A stretch of DNA of 59,473 bases from Chiloscyllium plagiosum (Eukaryota): assembly GCF_004010195.1 (NCBI RefSeq), contig NC_057717.1, positions 106,943,945 to 107,003,417 on the forward strand, in the 5' to 3' direction. Within the stretch, counting starts at the first letter, position 1; every line of letters starts with the position of its first letter. The notes under the pieces were generated by a model. It saw only the letters and a program-made list of their open reading frames with translations. It ran no database searches and was not told the DNA's origin. Positions 33,945-46,485 of the stretch are shown one piece after another. Position numbers and translations under genes: made by a program.

Positions 33945-36900
33945 CCATGCCATGTGCGAGAAAGGCGAGGAATAGGGAGAGAGAGAGAGGAGTTTCACAT
34001 GTGGCTACAGGGATGGTGCAAGAGAGAGTGTTTTGGAAATCTGGAAAATTGTGGCTCGTTCTAGGGTAGGTGGGATCTCTACAAAAAGGATGATCTTTAC
34101 CTGAACCAGAGGGGGACTAATATCCTGGTGGGGGGGAAGTATGCTAATACTTAGGGTTTGGACTAATTCAGCAGGTGAATGGGAACCTAAATTGTAGCTC
34201 CAGTGTCCAGGAGGTTGAGAATAGTGAGGTCAGAAATAAGGTTTCAAGATTGCAAGAGTTCACTGGCAAGCAGGAAGGTGCTTTGAAGTGTGTCTTTTAA
34301 TCGCCAGGAGGATTCAGAATAAGGTGTGTGAACTCGCAGCATGGGTTGATACCTGGGATGTTGTGGCCATTTCAGAGATGTGGATAGAGCAGGGACAGCA
34401 ATGGTTGTTGCAGGTTCCAGGATTTAGATGTTTCAGTAAGAACAGGGAAGATGGTAAAAGAGTCATAGAGATGTACAGCATGGAAACAGACCCTAGGGGG
34501 AGGTGTGGTATTGTTAATCAAGAATGGTATTACGGTGACAGAAAAGATGTTTGAGGACTTGTCGACTGAGGTAGTATGGGCTGAGGTTAGAAATAGGAAA
34601 GAAGAGGTCACCCTGTTCGGAGTTTTCTTAGATTACTTACACTGTGGAAACAGGCGCTTCGGCCCAACAAGTCCACACTGACCCGCCAAAGCAGAACCCA
34701 CCCAGACCCATTCCCCTACATTTACCCCTGCACCTTTCACTACGGGCAATTTAGCATGGCCAATTCACCTAACCTGCACATTTTTGGACTGTGGGAGGAA
34801 ACCGGAGCACCCGGAGGAAACCCACGCAGACACAGGGAGAATGTGCAAACTCCACACAGTCAGTCCCCTGAGGCGGGAATTGAATCCGGGTCTTTGGTGC
34901 TGTGAGGTAGCAGTGCAAACCACTGTGCCATCGGCCTGCCCACAGATATAGGGCTCCGAATAGTTTCAGAGATGTAGAGGAAAGGATAGCAAAGATAATT
35001 CTGGATAGGAGCGAGAGTAACAGGGTAGTTGTTATGGGGGACTTTAACTTTCCAAATATTGACTGGGAATACTATAGTTTGAGTGCTTTAGATGGGTCAG
35101 TTTTTGTCCAGTGTGTGCAGGAGGGTTTCCTGACACAGTATGTAGACAGGCCAACAAGGGGCAAGGCCACATTGGATTTAGTACTGGGTAATGAACTGGG
35201 TCAGGTATCAGATTTAGAGGTAGGTGAGCACTTTGGTGATCGTGACCACAATTCGGTTATGTTTACTTTAGTGATGAAAAGGGAAAGGTACATAACACAG
35301 GGCAAGAGTTATTGCTTGGGGAAAGGTAATCATGATGCTATTGGACTAGATTTAGGATGCATAGGATGGGGAAAGAAATGGCAGGGGCTGGGCACAATTG
35401 AAATGTGGAGCTTATTCAAGCAACAGCCACTGCGTGTCCTCGATAAGTTTGTACCTGTCAGGCAGAGAGGAAGTTGATGAGCGAGGGAGCTGTGGTTTAC
35501 TAAAGAAGTTGAATCTCTTGTCAAGAGGAAGAAGAAGGTTTATGTTAGGATGAGCCGTTAAGACTCAGTTAGGGTGCTTGAGAGTTACAAGTTAGCCAGG
35601 AAAGATCTAAAGAGAGAGCTAAGAAGAGCCAGAAGGGGACATGAGAAGTCATTGACAGATAGGATCAAGGAAAGCCCAAAAGCTTTCTATCGGTGCATCA
35701 GGAATAAAAGAATGACGAGAGACAGATTAGGGTCAATCAAGGATAGTGGTGGGAAGTTTTGCATGGAGTCAGAGGAGATGGGGGAGCGCTAAATGAATAT
35801 TTTTCGTCAGTATTCGCACTGGAAAATGACAGTGTTGTCGAGGAGAATACTGAGATATTGGCGACTAGACTAGATGGGATTGAGGTTCACAGGGAAGAGG
35901 TATTAGCAATTCTGGGAAGTGTGAAAATAGGTAAGTACCTTAGGCCAGATAGGATTTATCCAAGGATTGTCTGGGAAGCCAGAGAGGAGATTACAGAGTC
36001 TTTGGCTTTGATCTTTATGCCATCATTATTTACAGGAATAGTGCCAGAGACTGGAAGATAGGAAATGTCCCTTGTTCAAGAAGGGGAGTGGAGACAGACC
36101 TGGTTATTATAGACCTGTGAGCCTTACTTGGTTGTGGATAAAGTTTTGGAAAGGATTATAAGAGATAGAATTTATAATCATCTAGAAAGGAATAATTTGA
36201 TTAGGGATAGTCAACACTGTTTTGTGAAGGGTAGGTCGTGCCTCACAAACCTTATTGAGTTCTTTGAGAAGGTGACCAAACAGGTGGATGAGGGTAAAGC
36301 AGTTAATGTGATGTATATGGATTTTCAGCAAGGCATTTGATAAAGTGCTATTGTAGAAGATATGGAGGCATGGGATTGAGGGTGATTTAGTGGTTTGGAT
36401 CAGAAATTGGCTAGCTGAAAGAAGACAGAAAGCAGTGATTGAGGGAAATGTTCATCCTGGTGTTCAGTTACTAGCAGTGTACCGCAAGGATCTATTTTGG
36501 GGCCACTGCTGTTTGTAATCTTTATAAATGACCTAGATGAGGGCAGAGAAGGATGGGTTAGTACCTTTGCAGATGACACTAAGGTCGGTGGAGTTGTGGA
36601 TAGTGCAGAAGCAAGTTGCAGTTTACAGACGGACATGGATAAGCTGCAGAGCTGGGCTGAGAGGTGGCAAATGGAGTTTAATGTGGAAAAGTGTAAGGTG
36701 TTTCACTTTGGAAGGAGCAACAGGAATGCAGAGTACTCGGCTAATGGAAAGATTCTTGGTAGTGTAGATGAGCAGAGGGATCTTGGTGTCCATGTACATA
36801 GATCCCTGAAAGTTACCACCCAGGTTGATAGGGTTGTTAAGAAGGCACACGGTGTGTTAGCTTTTATTGGTAGAGGGATTGAGTTTTGGAGCCACGAGGT

Positions 36901-37437
36901 CATGTTGCAGCTGTACAAAACTCTGGTGCGGCCGCACTTGGAGTATTTTGTACAGTTCTGGTCACCGTATTATAGGAAGGATATGGAAGCTTTGGAAAGG
37001 GTGCAGAGGAGATTTACGAGGATGTTGCCTGGTATGGAGGGAAGGTCTTATGAGGAAAGGCTGAGGGACTTGAGGCTGTTTTTGTTAGAGAGAAGAAGGT
37101 TGAGAGGTGACTTAATTGAGACATATAAGATAATCAGAGGGTTAGACAGGGTGGACAGTAAGAGCCTTTTTCCTTGGATGGTGATGGCTAGCATGAGGGG
37201 ACATAGCTTTAAATTGAGGGGTGATAGATATAGGACAGATGTCAGAGGTAGTTTCTTTACTCAGAGAGTAGTAGGGGCATGGAACACCCTGCAAACATTT
37301 AAGGCATTTAAATGGTCAGTGGATAAACATATGGATGAGAATGGAATAGTGTAGGTTAGATAGGCTTCAGATTGGTTCCACAGGTTAGCGCAACGTCGAG
37401 GGTTGAAGGGCCTGTACTGCACTGTAATGTTTGATGT
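33945..37437 (+). mobile_element. Long CR1 LINE (end of ORF1 esterase region + frameshifted ORF2 APE endonuclease/RT)
   Basis: WDLYKKDDLYLN..GT (SGNH-like), MGDFNFP, LDLVL, DHN, QGSILGPLLFVIFINDL, FADD and a complete 3' tail; multiple frameshifts. Confidence 0.93.
34628..34943 (-). mobile_element. HE1/V-type SINE inserted in the CR1 endonuclease region
   Basis: Same consensus as 19635-19938 and 45188-45497; CR1 sequence resumes on both sides. Confidence 0.9.
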
Positions 37438-37440
37438 TCC

Positions 37441-38335
37441 AGAAGTGGTGGACACATTGGTGATCATTTTCCAGGGTTCTGTAGACTCTGGAAGAGTTCC
37501 AATAGACTGGATGGTAGCTAATGTAACCCCATTCTTTAAAAAGGAGGGAGAGAGAAAATTGGGAATTAAATGCCAGTTAGCCCTGACATCGGTGTGGGGA
37601 AAATGCTGGAATCAATTATTAAAGATGTAATATGTGAACATTTAGAAAGCGGTGACTGAATCGGTCCAAGTCAGCATGGATTCACTGAAATGAAATCATG
37701 CTTGACGGATTTTCTGGATTTTTTTGAGGATGTGACCATTAGGGTGGCCTCGGCTGAATCAGTAGTTGTAGTGTATTTGGATTTTCAAAAGGCTTTTGAC
37801 AAGGTTCCACATGAGATGAATAAGGAAAGTGAAAGCTCATGCTATCAGAGGTAATGTATTGATGTGGATAGAGAACTGCTTGGCAGACAGGAAGCAGAGA
37901 GTTGGAATGAATGGGTTCTTTTCAGAGTGGCAGGAATTTAGAAGAATGAGAGGGGAGTCTCATAGAAACATAAAATCTTGAGGGGGCTGGACAGGCTAGA
38001 TGTGGGAAGAATGTTCCTGATATTGGGGAAATCTAGAACTAGGGGCCACAGTCTAAGAATAAAGGGTCAAACATTCAGGACTGAGATGAGGATGAATTTC
38101 TTCACCCAGAGAATTGTGAACCTGTGGAATTCTCTCCAACAGGAAGCTGTTGGGGCGAGTTCATTACTTATATTCAAGAAGGAGGTGGACATGGCCCTAG
38201 TGGTTAAAGGGATCCAGGGTATGGGGAGAGGGGAAGAGTGGGCGACTGAGACTTTGTGTTTAGCCGTGATCATGTTGAATGGTGGTGCAGGTTCGAAGGC
38301 CGATTGGCATTCACCTGCATCTATTTTCTACATTT
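37441..38335 (+). mobile_element. Older CR1 LINE (continuation of 33780-33940)
   Basis: DW..ANVTP.FKK, DFQKAFDKVP and FFTQRIVNLWN motifs. Confidence 0.85.
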
Positions 38336-38339
38336 CTCC

Positions 38340-38645
38340 CCAGTATGTTTGAGATATGTACCAGCAGCCCTGACCCTCCCCCCAGTAGGCACGTTGTGTT
38401 TACCAGCAGCCCTGACCCTCCCCCCAGTAGGCACGGTCTGTTTACCAGCAACCCTGAACCTCTCCCCAGTATTAATTAGGTATTTACCAGCAGCCCTGAC
38501 CCTCCTCCCCAGTATGAATTAGGTATTTACCAGTAGCCCTGACCCTCCCCCCCCCAGTATGAATTAGGTATTTACCAGTAGCCCTGACCTTCCCCCCAGT
38601 ATGAATTAGGTATTTATCCGCAGCCCTGACCCCCCCGCCACCGTC
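38340..38645. repeat. Minisatellite, ~40-bp unit (ttaccagcagccctgaccctccccccagta...)
   Basis: Tandem units; same family at ~33620-33770 and ~39667-39745. Confidence 0.9.
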
Positions 38646-38647
38646 AA

Positions 38648-39400
38648 NNNNNNNNNNNNNNNNNNNNNNNNNNNNNNNNNNNNNNNNNNNNNNNNNNNNN
38701 NNNNNNNNNNNNNNNNNNNNNNNNNNNNNNNNNNNNNNNNNNNNNNNNNNNNNNNNNNNNNNNNNNNNNNNNNNNNNNNNNNNNNNNNNNNNNNNNNNNN
38801 NNNNNNNNNNNNNNNNNNNNNNNNNNNNNNNNNNNNNNNNNNNNNNNNNNNNNNNNNNNNNNNNNNNNNNNNNNNNNNNNNNNNNNNNNNNNNNNNNNNN
38901 NNNNNNNNNNNNNNNNNNNNNNNNNNNNNNNNNNNNNNNNNNNNNNNNNNNNNNNNNNNNNNNNNNNNNNNNNNNNNNNNNNNNNNNNNNNNNNNNNNNN
39001 NNNNNNNNNNNNNNNNNNNNNNNNNNNNNNNNNNNNNNNNNNNNNNNNNNNNNNNNNNNNNNNNNNNNNNNNNNNNNNNNNNNNNNNNNNNNNNNNNNNN
39101 NNNNNNNNNNNNNNNNNNNNNNNNNNNNNNNNNNNNNNNNNNNNNNNNNNNNNNNNNNNNNNNNNNNNNNNNNNNNNNNNNNNNNNNNNNNNNNNNNNNN
39201 NNNNNNNNNNNNNNNNNNNNNNNNNNNNNNNNNNNNNNNNNNNNNNNNNNNNNNNNNNNNNNNNNNNNNNNNNNNNNNNNNNNNNNNNNNNNNNNNNNNN
39301 NNNNNNNNNNNNNNNNNNNNNNNNNNNNNNNNNNNNNNNNNNNNNNNNNNNNNNNNNNNNNNNNNNNNNNNNNNNNNNNNNNNNNNNNNNNNNNNNNNNN
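38648..39400. other. Assembly gap (753 N)
   Basis: Run of N. Confidence 1.
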
Positions 39401-39754
39401 TCCTTTCCACCTATCCACTCCACCCTCCTCTCTGACCTATCACCTCCATCCCCACCCCATTCACCTATTGTACTCTTTGCTACCTTCTCCCCAGCCCCAC
39501 CCCCCCATTTATCACTCCACCCTGGAGGCTTCCTGCCTCTATTCTGATGAAGGGCTTTTGCCCGAAATGTTGATTTTCCTGCTCCTCAGATGATGCCTGA
39601 CCTTTTCCAGCACCACTCTGATCTGAACTCTGGTTTCCAGCATCTTCAGTCCTCACTTTTGCCTATAAGGTATTTACCTGCCACCTTGAGTCTCTCCCCA
39701 GTAGACACGGTGTGTTTAGCAGCAGCTGTGACCCTCTCCCCAATAGGTACCTCT

Positions 39755-40740
39755 GAATAAATTACAAAATTTGCAGACACTACAAAACTTGGATGGATTA
39801 TGTATAAACTTTGAGGATGTGGTGTGGAACTTCAAAAACATCATTGACAAGTTGGAGTGGGTACATAGATGGCAGATGAAGCTCAGTGTAGAGAAATGTG
39901 AGATTTTGATAGGAGGAAGATGGAGAGACAGTATAATATAAAGTGGATAAAGGTGATCCTAAAAGGGGTGCAGGAGCAGTGGGGCCTGGGTTTATCCATG
40001 TGCAAGTCATTGACGATTGCAGGACAGATAGTGAGTATGGTTAGTAAAGCATGCAGTATTCTTGACCTGCAGTCAGTTAGCTTAGTTGGCTGGGGAGCTG
40101 GCTGTGATGCAGAATGCCACCAGCACAGATTCAATTCCTGCAATGGCTGAGGTTACTCTAAAGGTTTCGCCTTTTCAACCTCTACCCTTGCATGAGGCAC
40201 GATGAATTTCTCTGAAAGGGACAGCAGCCCTATGCTGCTCTGGGACTATAGCAACTTCTACTGCTATCCTCAGCTTCATTGATAGGAAATATAGGAACTA
40301 CATTGATAGGAAACTGAAGTATTGTGTCCAGTTCTGAATGCCGCACTTCAGGAAGAATAGAAAGACATTGGAGAGCATGCGGAAGAGATTTACAAGAATG
40401 CTTGCAGGAATGAAGATACATGCATAAAGATTAGAGAAATTACAACCTTCTTCCTTGGAGAGCTGAAAACTGAGGGGATATCTATTTGAAATATTTAAAA
40501 TCATGAGGGACTGGACAGAGTAGACAGAGGGAAAATTACCACCCATGAGAAGAAGGAATCAGAGATTGAGAGTAAATATGAAACGAAAGTGATATTGCGG
40601 AAATCACTTTCAGACAGCGGGTGGTTTGAGTAGAGAAGACACTGCTGAACAAGGTGGTTGAGGAGGGGTCGATTGAGGTGTTCATAAAAGAATTACTTGG
40701 TAAACTGTGTAGAGTTTATAGGGAGAAGGCAGCAAAATGG
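39755..40740 (+). mobile_element. Old CR1 fragment interrupted by a tRNA-headed SINE (~40075-40260)
   Basis: Degenerate KFAD.TKL and CVQF motifs; insert with A-box tagcttagttgg and B-box-like ttcaattcc. Confidence 0.65.
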
Positions 40741-40754
40741 GAGTAAGTGTGGCA

Positions 40755-41981
40755 CTGATGGTGTGGGACTGCATCCCAGAGAGAGTTGGTATGTGTGGGA
40801 GTAGTGCCCAATGAGACTCAGTGTGTGTAGGAGCTATACCCTAGTCAGAGTCAGTGTGTGTGGGAGTTGTGCCCCAGTGAGAGTCAGTGTGTGTGGGGCT
40901 GTACCCCAGTGAGAGTCAGTGAGTGTTGGAGTTGTACCTCAGTGAGAGGCAGTGTGTATGGGAGCTTTACCCCAGTGAGTGTTAGTGTGTGTGGGGGTAG
41001 TACCCCAGTGAGAGTCAGTGTGTGTGGGATGTGTACCCCAGTGGGAGTCAGTGAGTGTGGGAACTGTACCCAAGTGAGAGACAGTGTGTGTGGGACTGTA
41101 TCCCTGTCAGAGTCAGTGTGTGTGGGATGTGTACCCCAGTGAGAGACAGTGTGTGTGGGATGTGTACCCCAGTGAGAGACAGTGTGTGTGGGACCTGTAT
41201 CCCAGTGAGAGTCAGTGTATGTAGAACTGTATCCCAGTGAGACTTCGTGTGTGTGAAACTGTATCCCAATGAGAGTGAGTGTGTGTGGGACTGTATCTCA
41301 GTGAGAGTCAGTGTGTGTGGGAGATGTACCCCAGTGAGAGTCAGTGTGTGTGGGATCTGTACCCCAGTGAGGATCAATGTGTGTGGGAGCTGTACCCCAG
41401 TGAGAGTCAGTGAGTGTGGGACTGTACCCCAGTGAGAGTCAGTGAGTGTGGGACTGTACCCCAGTGAGAGTTAGTGTGTGTGGGAGTAGTACCCCAGAGA
41501 GAGTCAGTGTGTGTGGGAGTAGTGCCCCAGTGAGAGTCAGTGTGTTTGGTAGCTGTACCCCAGTGAGAGTCAGTGTGTGTGTGGGAACTGTATCCCAGTG
41601 AGAGACAGTGTGTGTGGGACTGTACTCCAGTGAGAGTCAGTGTGTGTGGGATGTGTACCCCAGTGACAGACAGTATGTGTTGGAGCTGTATCCCAGTGAG
41701 AGTCAGTGTATGTAGAACTGTATCCCAGTGAGAGTTAGTGTGTGTGGAACTGTATCCCAGTGAGAGACAGTGTGTGTGGGACTGTATCTCAGAGAGAGTC
41801 ACTGTGTGTGGGACTGTATCCCAGTGAGAGTTAGTGTGTGTGGAACGGGATCCCAGTGAGAGTCAGTGTGTGTGGGATTGTAACCCAGGCAGGGTCAGTG
41901 TGTGTGGGATCTGTACCCCAGTGAGAGTCAGTGTGTGGGGACTGTACCACAGTGAGAGTCATTGTGTGTGACTGTATCTCA
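40755..41981. repeat. Minisatellite, ~32-bp unit (ccccagtgagagtcagtgtgtgtgggactgta)
   Basis: Long tandem array running into the gap; degenerate relative at ~21450-21750. Confidence 0.95.
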
Positions 41982-42481
41982 NNNNNNNNNNNNNNNNNNN
42001 NNNNNNNNNNNNNNNNNNNNNNNNNNNNNNNNNNNNNNNNNNNNNNNNNNNNNNNNNNNNNNNNNNNNNNNNNNNNNNNNNNNNNNNNNNNNNNNNNNNN
42101 NNNNNNNNNNNNNNNNNNNNNNNNNNNNNNNNNNNNNNNNNNNNNNNNNNNNNNNNNNNNNNNNNNNNNNNNNNNNNNNNNNNNNNNNNNNNNNNNNNNN
42201 NNNNNNNNNNNNNNNNNNNNNNNNNNNNNNNNNNNNNNNNNNNNNNNNNNNNNNNNNNNNNNNNNNNNNNNNNNNNNNNNNNNNNNNNNNNNNNNNNNNN
42301 NNNNNNNNNNNNNNNNNNNNNNNNNNNNNNNNNNNNNNNNNNNNNNNNNNNNNNNNNNNNNNNNNNNNNNNNNNNNNNNNNNNNNNNNNNNNNNNNNNNN
42401 NNNNNNNNNNNNNNNNNNNNNNNNNNNNNNNNNNNNNNNNNNNNNNNNNNNNNNNNNNNNNNNNNNNNNNNNNNNNNNNNN
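41982..42481. other. Assembly gap (500 N, probably unsized)
   Basis: Round-number run of N, 25 bp from the PDE4 exon donor. Confidence 1.
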
Positions 42482-42505
42482 CACATCCTGCTCCCACTTG
42501 CTTAC

Positions 42506-42618
42506 CTTGTTAGAGGCCATCTCACTGACGGAGCGGTAGGTCTGGATTGTCTCTAGTTGGTCTAAACACCAATCCAGCTCCTCCAGGGTTTCCTTTGCCA
42601 GTTGCTGGTAAGTTTCAT
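42506..42618 (-). CDS. PDE4A: PDE4 exon ([41 protein letters not shown]2)
   Basis: 113 bp, tttccag| and |gtaagc, phase 1->0; near-invariant UCR2; QQLA is PDE4A-like. Confidence 0.92.
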
Positions 42619-43774
42619 CTGGAAACACAAAGCCATGAGCATGGTTAAAGTGGGGAACTCTCATTACACTAACCGAGTGTGGAGGGTCTTTTTACCATCA
42701 TTTCACACACTATCTCCCCCCCCCCCATCTCTCTCTCTTTCAAACATACTGGACGTATACCCATTATGTGAACAAGTATTTACTAATCTTACTCCAGAAC
42801 AGCTTTGCCCTGATTTTAAAATCTGTCCTCCAGTTTCTGGGCTCTCCCACCAGACGAGAATAGCTCCTCCCTAAACATATTCGCAAATTCTTTCACCATC
42901 TTCAACACTTGATTCACCATCTTTTGAATCTTCAATATTTGAGCAAAGGGAAATGCAGGCACTACAACCTGTTCTCATGATTTTACAGTTTCTGGTGAAT
43001 CTGTGCTGTGGCCACTGAAAGGCAAATATATTCTTTCTGAGATGTGGGCAGTGGAAAAATCATTCAGAAAGTGATGAGACAGAGATGACCCAAAGGTACA
43101 ATGATAGAAGTTGAGGTAGAAGTTGTATGGTTATAATATGCCCAAGTATGTTTTCAGTGGGTGTTGGCCACAATGGGGACAAACCAGTCAGAATTCAGTA
43201 CTCAGTGTGCTGAAGCTCCCTAACATCATGGGTGGGAGCAGTGTATCTTTACATGGTTTCCTGGTTTTCCCTTCTAAGAGGAGACTGTCACTTTCACATC
43301 AGAACACTTGTTCACATAACTAGTGTCCAACCTATTTCTAAATTCTCCCACTTGGCAGAGAGTAAGGGGAGGATAAGGGCAGTTGATTAACAAGGTATGG
43401 AACAGGGAGAGGGGAAAGAAAGAGTCATGGCAAGGGAAAAGGGGAGGGAGAGTCAGGGTGGTCATTGGTGAGAGCAGCATGGGGTTAGCAACTGAGAGGG
43501 AGCGATGTGAAAACCAAGAGGGAAGGGTGGAGGGGAAGATTACAGAAGGCAGAGGTCAGGGTCAGGAGAGGAATGGAAAGTGAATGAGTAGACTGAACAG
43601 TATCAGCACAGCTCAGACTGTATGGGGAAGTGGGTACGGGAGGGGACAATCATCTCTTCTTGTTTTTGAATTTTCATACAGTCAGAAAACTACTTCAGTA
43701 TAAATTAAACCATAAAAAATGGGAAATTGACGAGACACTGACAGAGCGCCTTCTGCTGCCATACCTTTGTTTCG

Positions 43775-44820
43775 TTTCATTCATGGGATGTGACCATCAT
43801 TGGCTGGGCCAACAGTTATCGCCCATCTTTAATGCCCTTGAGAAGGTGAAGGTGAGCTGCCTTCTTGAACTGCTGCAGGTTGACCCACAATTCCCTTAGA
43901 GAGGGAATTCCAGGATTTTGATCCAGTGACAGTGAAGGAATGGCCATATATTTCCATTTCAGGATGGTGAGTAGCTTGGAGGGGAACTTGTAGGTAGTGG
44001 TGTTCCCATAAACCTGCTGCCCTTGCCCTTCCAGATGCAAGTGGTTGTAGATTTCAAAGGTGCTTTTAAGCATCTTTGGTAAATTTCTGCACTGCACCAT
44101 GTAGATAGTATACACTGCTGCTACTCAGTGCCTGTAGTGGAAGGAGTGGATGTTTGTGGATGTGGTGCCAATCAAGCGGGTCGCTTTGTCCTGGATGGTA
44201 TTAAGCCTCTTGAGTGTTGTTGGAGTTGCCTCCAATTCAGGCAAGTGGGGAGTATTGCATCACACTCCTGATTTGGACCTTGGAATAGATGCACAGGCTC
44301 TGGGGAGTCAGGAGGTGAGTTATTCCTTTCCTCTAACTTGTTCTCATAGGCACAGTTTTTATATGGCTCATCCAGTTCAGTTCTGGTCAACGGTAATCAT
44401 CAGTCATAGAGTCACAGAGATGTACAGCACAGAAACAGATCCTTCCATGCTGACCAGGTATCCCAACCCAATCTAGTCCCACCTGCCAGCACCCGGCCCA
44501 TATCCCTCCAAACCCTTCCTATTCATATACCCATCCAAATGCCTCTTAAACGTTGCAATTGTACCAGCATCCACCACTTCCTCTGGCAGCTCATTCCATA
44601 CACGTACCACCCTCTGTGTGAAAAAGTTGCCCCTTAGGTCTCTTTTATATCTTTCCCCTCTCACCCTAAACCTACGCCCTCCTGTTAATCCCTAGGTTGC
44701 TGATAGTGGATGATTCAGTGATGGTAATGCAATTGAATATCGAGGGTCGATGGTTAGATTCTGTTATGGTGGAGGCAGTCATTACCTGGGACTTGTGCAG
44801 GGACAGTGTTACTTGCTACT
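43775..44820 (-). mobile_element. Non-LTR LINE 3' fragment (distinct CR1/L2-group family) interrupted by a young CR1 3' end (44403-44680)
   Basis: Degenerate IQDKA.RLIG and VYTIY.VQC-type C-terminal motifs; the insert has FFTQRVVRVWNELP. Confidence 0.7.
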
Positions 44821-45187
44821 TTGGAAATATTTAATTGTCAGAGCTGAGCAGAGCAGCCCCTTTCCTACAATCTCAAAGGCCCAGCACACTGACTGCTCAA
44901 GCTTTATTCATAAATCAGAAATTCACTGAAAGTCACACTGTAAACCCAACAATTCTCTGTGGCAGGACAAACACAGTTCCTCTTATAGAGTTACAGGAAA
45001 TAAATGCAGCTTATTATCATCTCTTACAGTGCTTTACCTGTCTTAGGAGTGGTTGATGGGGACAGTGCAAAGGAAACTTTACTCTGTATCTAGTCCTGAG
45101 CTGAACCTGTCAGGGAGTGTTTGCTGGCGACAGTGTACAGGTAGCTTTATTTTCAGTTTAAAAAAGTAAACGGAGCTTTACCCTACC

Positions 45188-45497
45188 GTGGGCGGCACGG
45201 TGGCACAGCAGTTAACACTGCTACCTCACAGCGCCAGAGACCTGGGTTCAATTCCCGCCTCAGGCGACTGACTGTGTGGAGTTTGCACGTTCTCCCCGTG
45301 TCTGCGTGGGTTTCCTCCAGGCGCTCCGGTTTCCTCCCACAGTCCAAAGATGTGCGGGTCAGGTGAATTGGCCATGCTAAATTGCCCGTAGTGTTAGGTA
45401 AGGGGTAAATGTAGGGGTATGGGTGGGTTGCGCTTCGGCGGGTCGGTGTGGACTTGTTGGGCCTGTTTCCACACTGTAAGTAATCTAATCTAATCTA
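45188..45497 (+). mobile_element. HE1/V-type SINE, full length and little diverged
   Basis: gggcggcacggtggcacag (A box), gggttcaattccc (B box), V-domain, (taatc)n tail; many intact CpGs. Confidence 0.93.
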
Positions 45498-46441
45498 TAT
45501 CTAACATGGTATTGTGCCTGTCTTGGGAGTGTTTGATGCAGATGGTGTAGAGGCAGCTTTACTCTGTATCTAACCCCGGGCAGTCCCTGTCCTAGGGGTG
45601 TTTGATAGGAACAGTGAAGGGAATATTTCACTTTCATCTAACTCTGTGCTGTATCTGTCCTGTGAAATCATGGAAGGTTGTGTGAAATTCTGGTCCTCTA
45701 TAACAGAAAGGATGTAACTTTCATAGATAGAGTTGGGATGGGGTTTACAAGGACAGGACAGGACAAATGAAACTTTGAAGAAAGATTGGATAGGCTGGAG
45801 TTGTTCTCCTTAGAACAGAGGAGGGTGATGGGAGATTTGATTGAGATGTACAACAGTTTAAGGAGTGGATGGGAAAGGCCATTTACCTTCATAGAAAGAT
45901 CAGACTATGACACATAGATTTAAAATAATTAGTAGACTGACTGAAGGAGGAAAAAAACTATCTTCCCCCACAAAGGCGCAAGGGTTCTGAAAGGGTCATA
46001 GAGGCAGAAATTCTCACTTCATTTAAAAGGTGTCTGGAAATGCATCTCAACCTGCTCCTCGGATGCCGCCTGACCTGCTGTGCTTTTCCAGCAACACACT
46101 CTCAACTCTGATCTCCAGCATCTGCAGATCTCACTGTCTCCTATTGTAACTGCAGACCTATGGATGAAATGCCACAAAGTGGGATTAGGCTGGGGACTTG
46201 TTTCTCAGCCAGCACAGATTGGTGGGCCAGGCAGCCTTTCTGTACTGTAAACTTGCTGAGATTCAGGAACTGCATCACCTACATGTTGTGGATCTCCTCT
46301 GCAGAGGTTTTGAACAAGACGCTATGGACTCCTAACCTGCTACAGCTGCAATGACTGTAAGTGCCTGCTGCCATGTCACAGCAGCTACAGATTAACAATG
46401 TGCTCTTTCATTTCTTTGTTGTGTAGAAGAGGTTTAATTAC

Positions 46442-46485
46442 CTGACAGGGTGCACAGTGCAGGCTGTGGTCCTGCTGGTGACCTC
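46442..46485 (-). CDS. PDE4A: PDE4 exon (RSPAGPQPALCTLS, linker region 1)
   Basis: 44 bp, tccacag| and |gtaatt, phase 2->1 bridging the flanking exons; RSP...TLS matches the PDE4A linker. Confidence 0.82.

Noticed and set aside
36497..37354. 285-aa reverse transcriptase ORF as an active or domesticated gene
   Set aside because: 3' part of a CR1 ORF2 whose upstream portion is frameshifted and SINE-interrupted.
45190..45262. tRNA-like A and B boxes
   Set aside because: Head of an HE1 SINE, not a tRNA gene.
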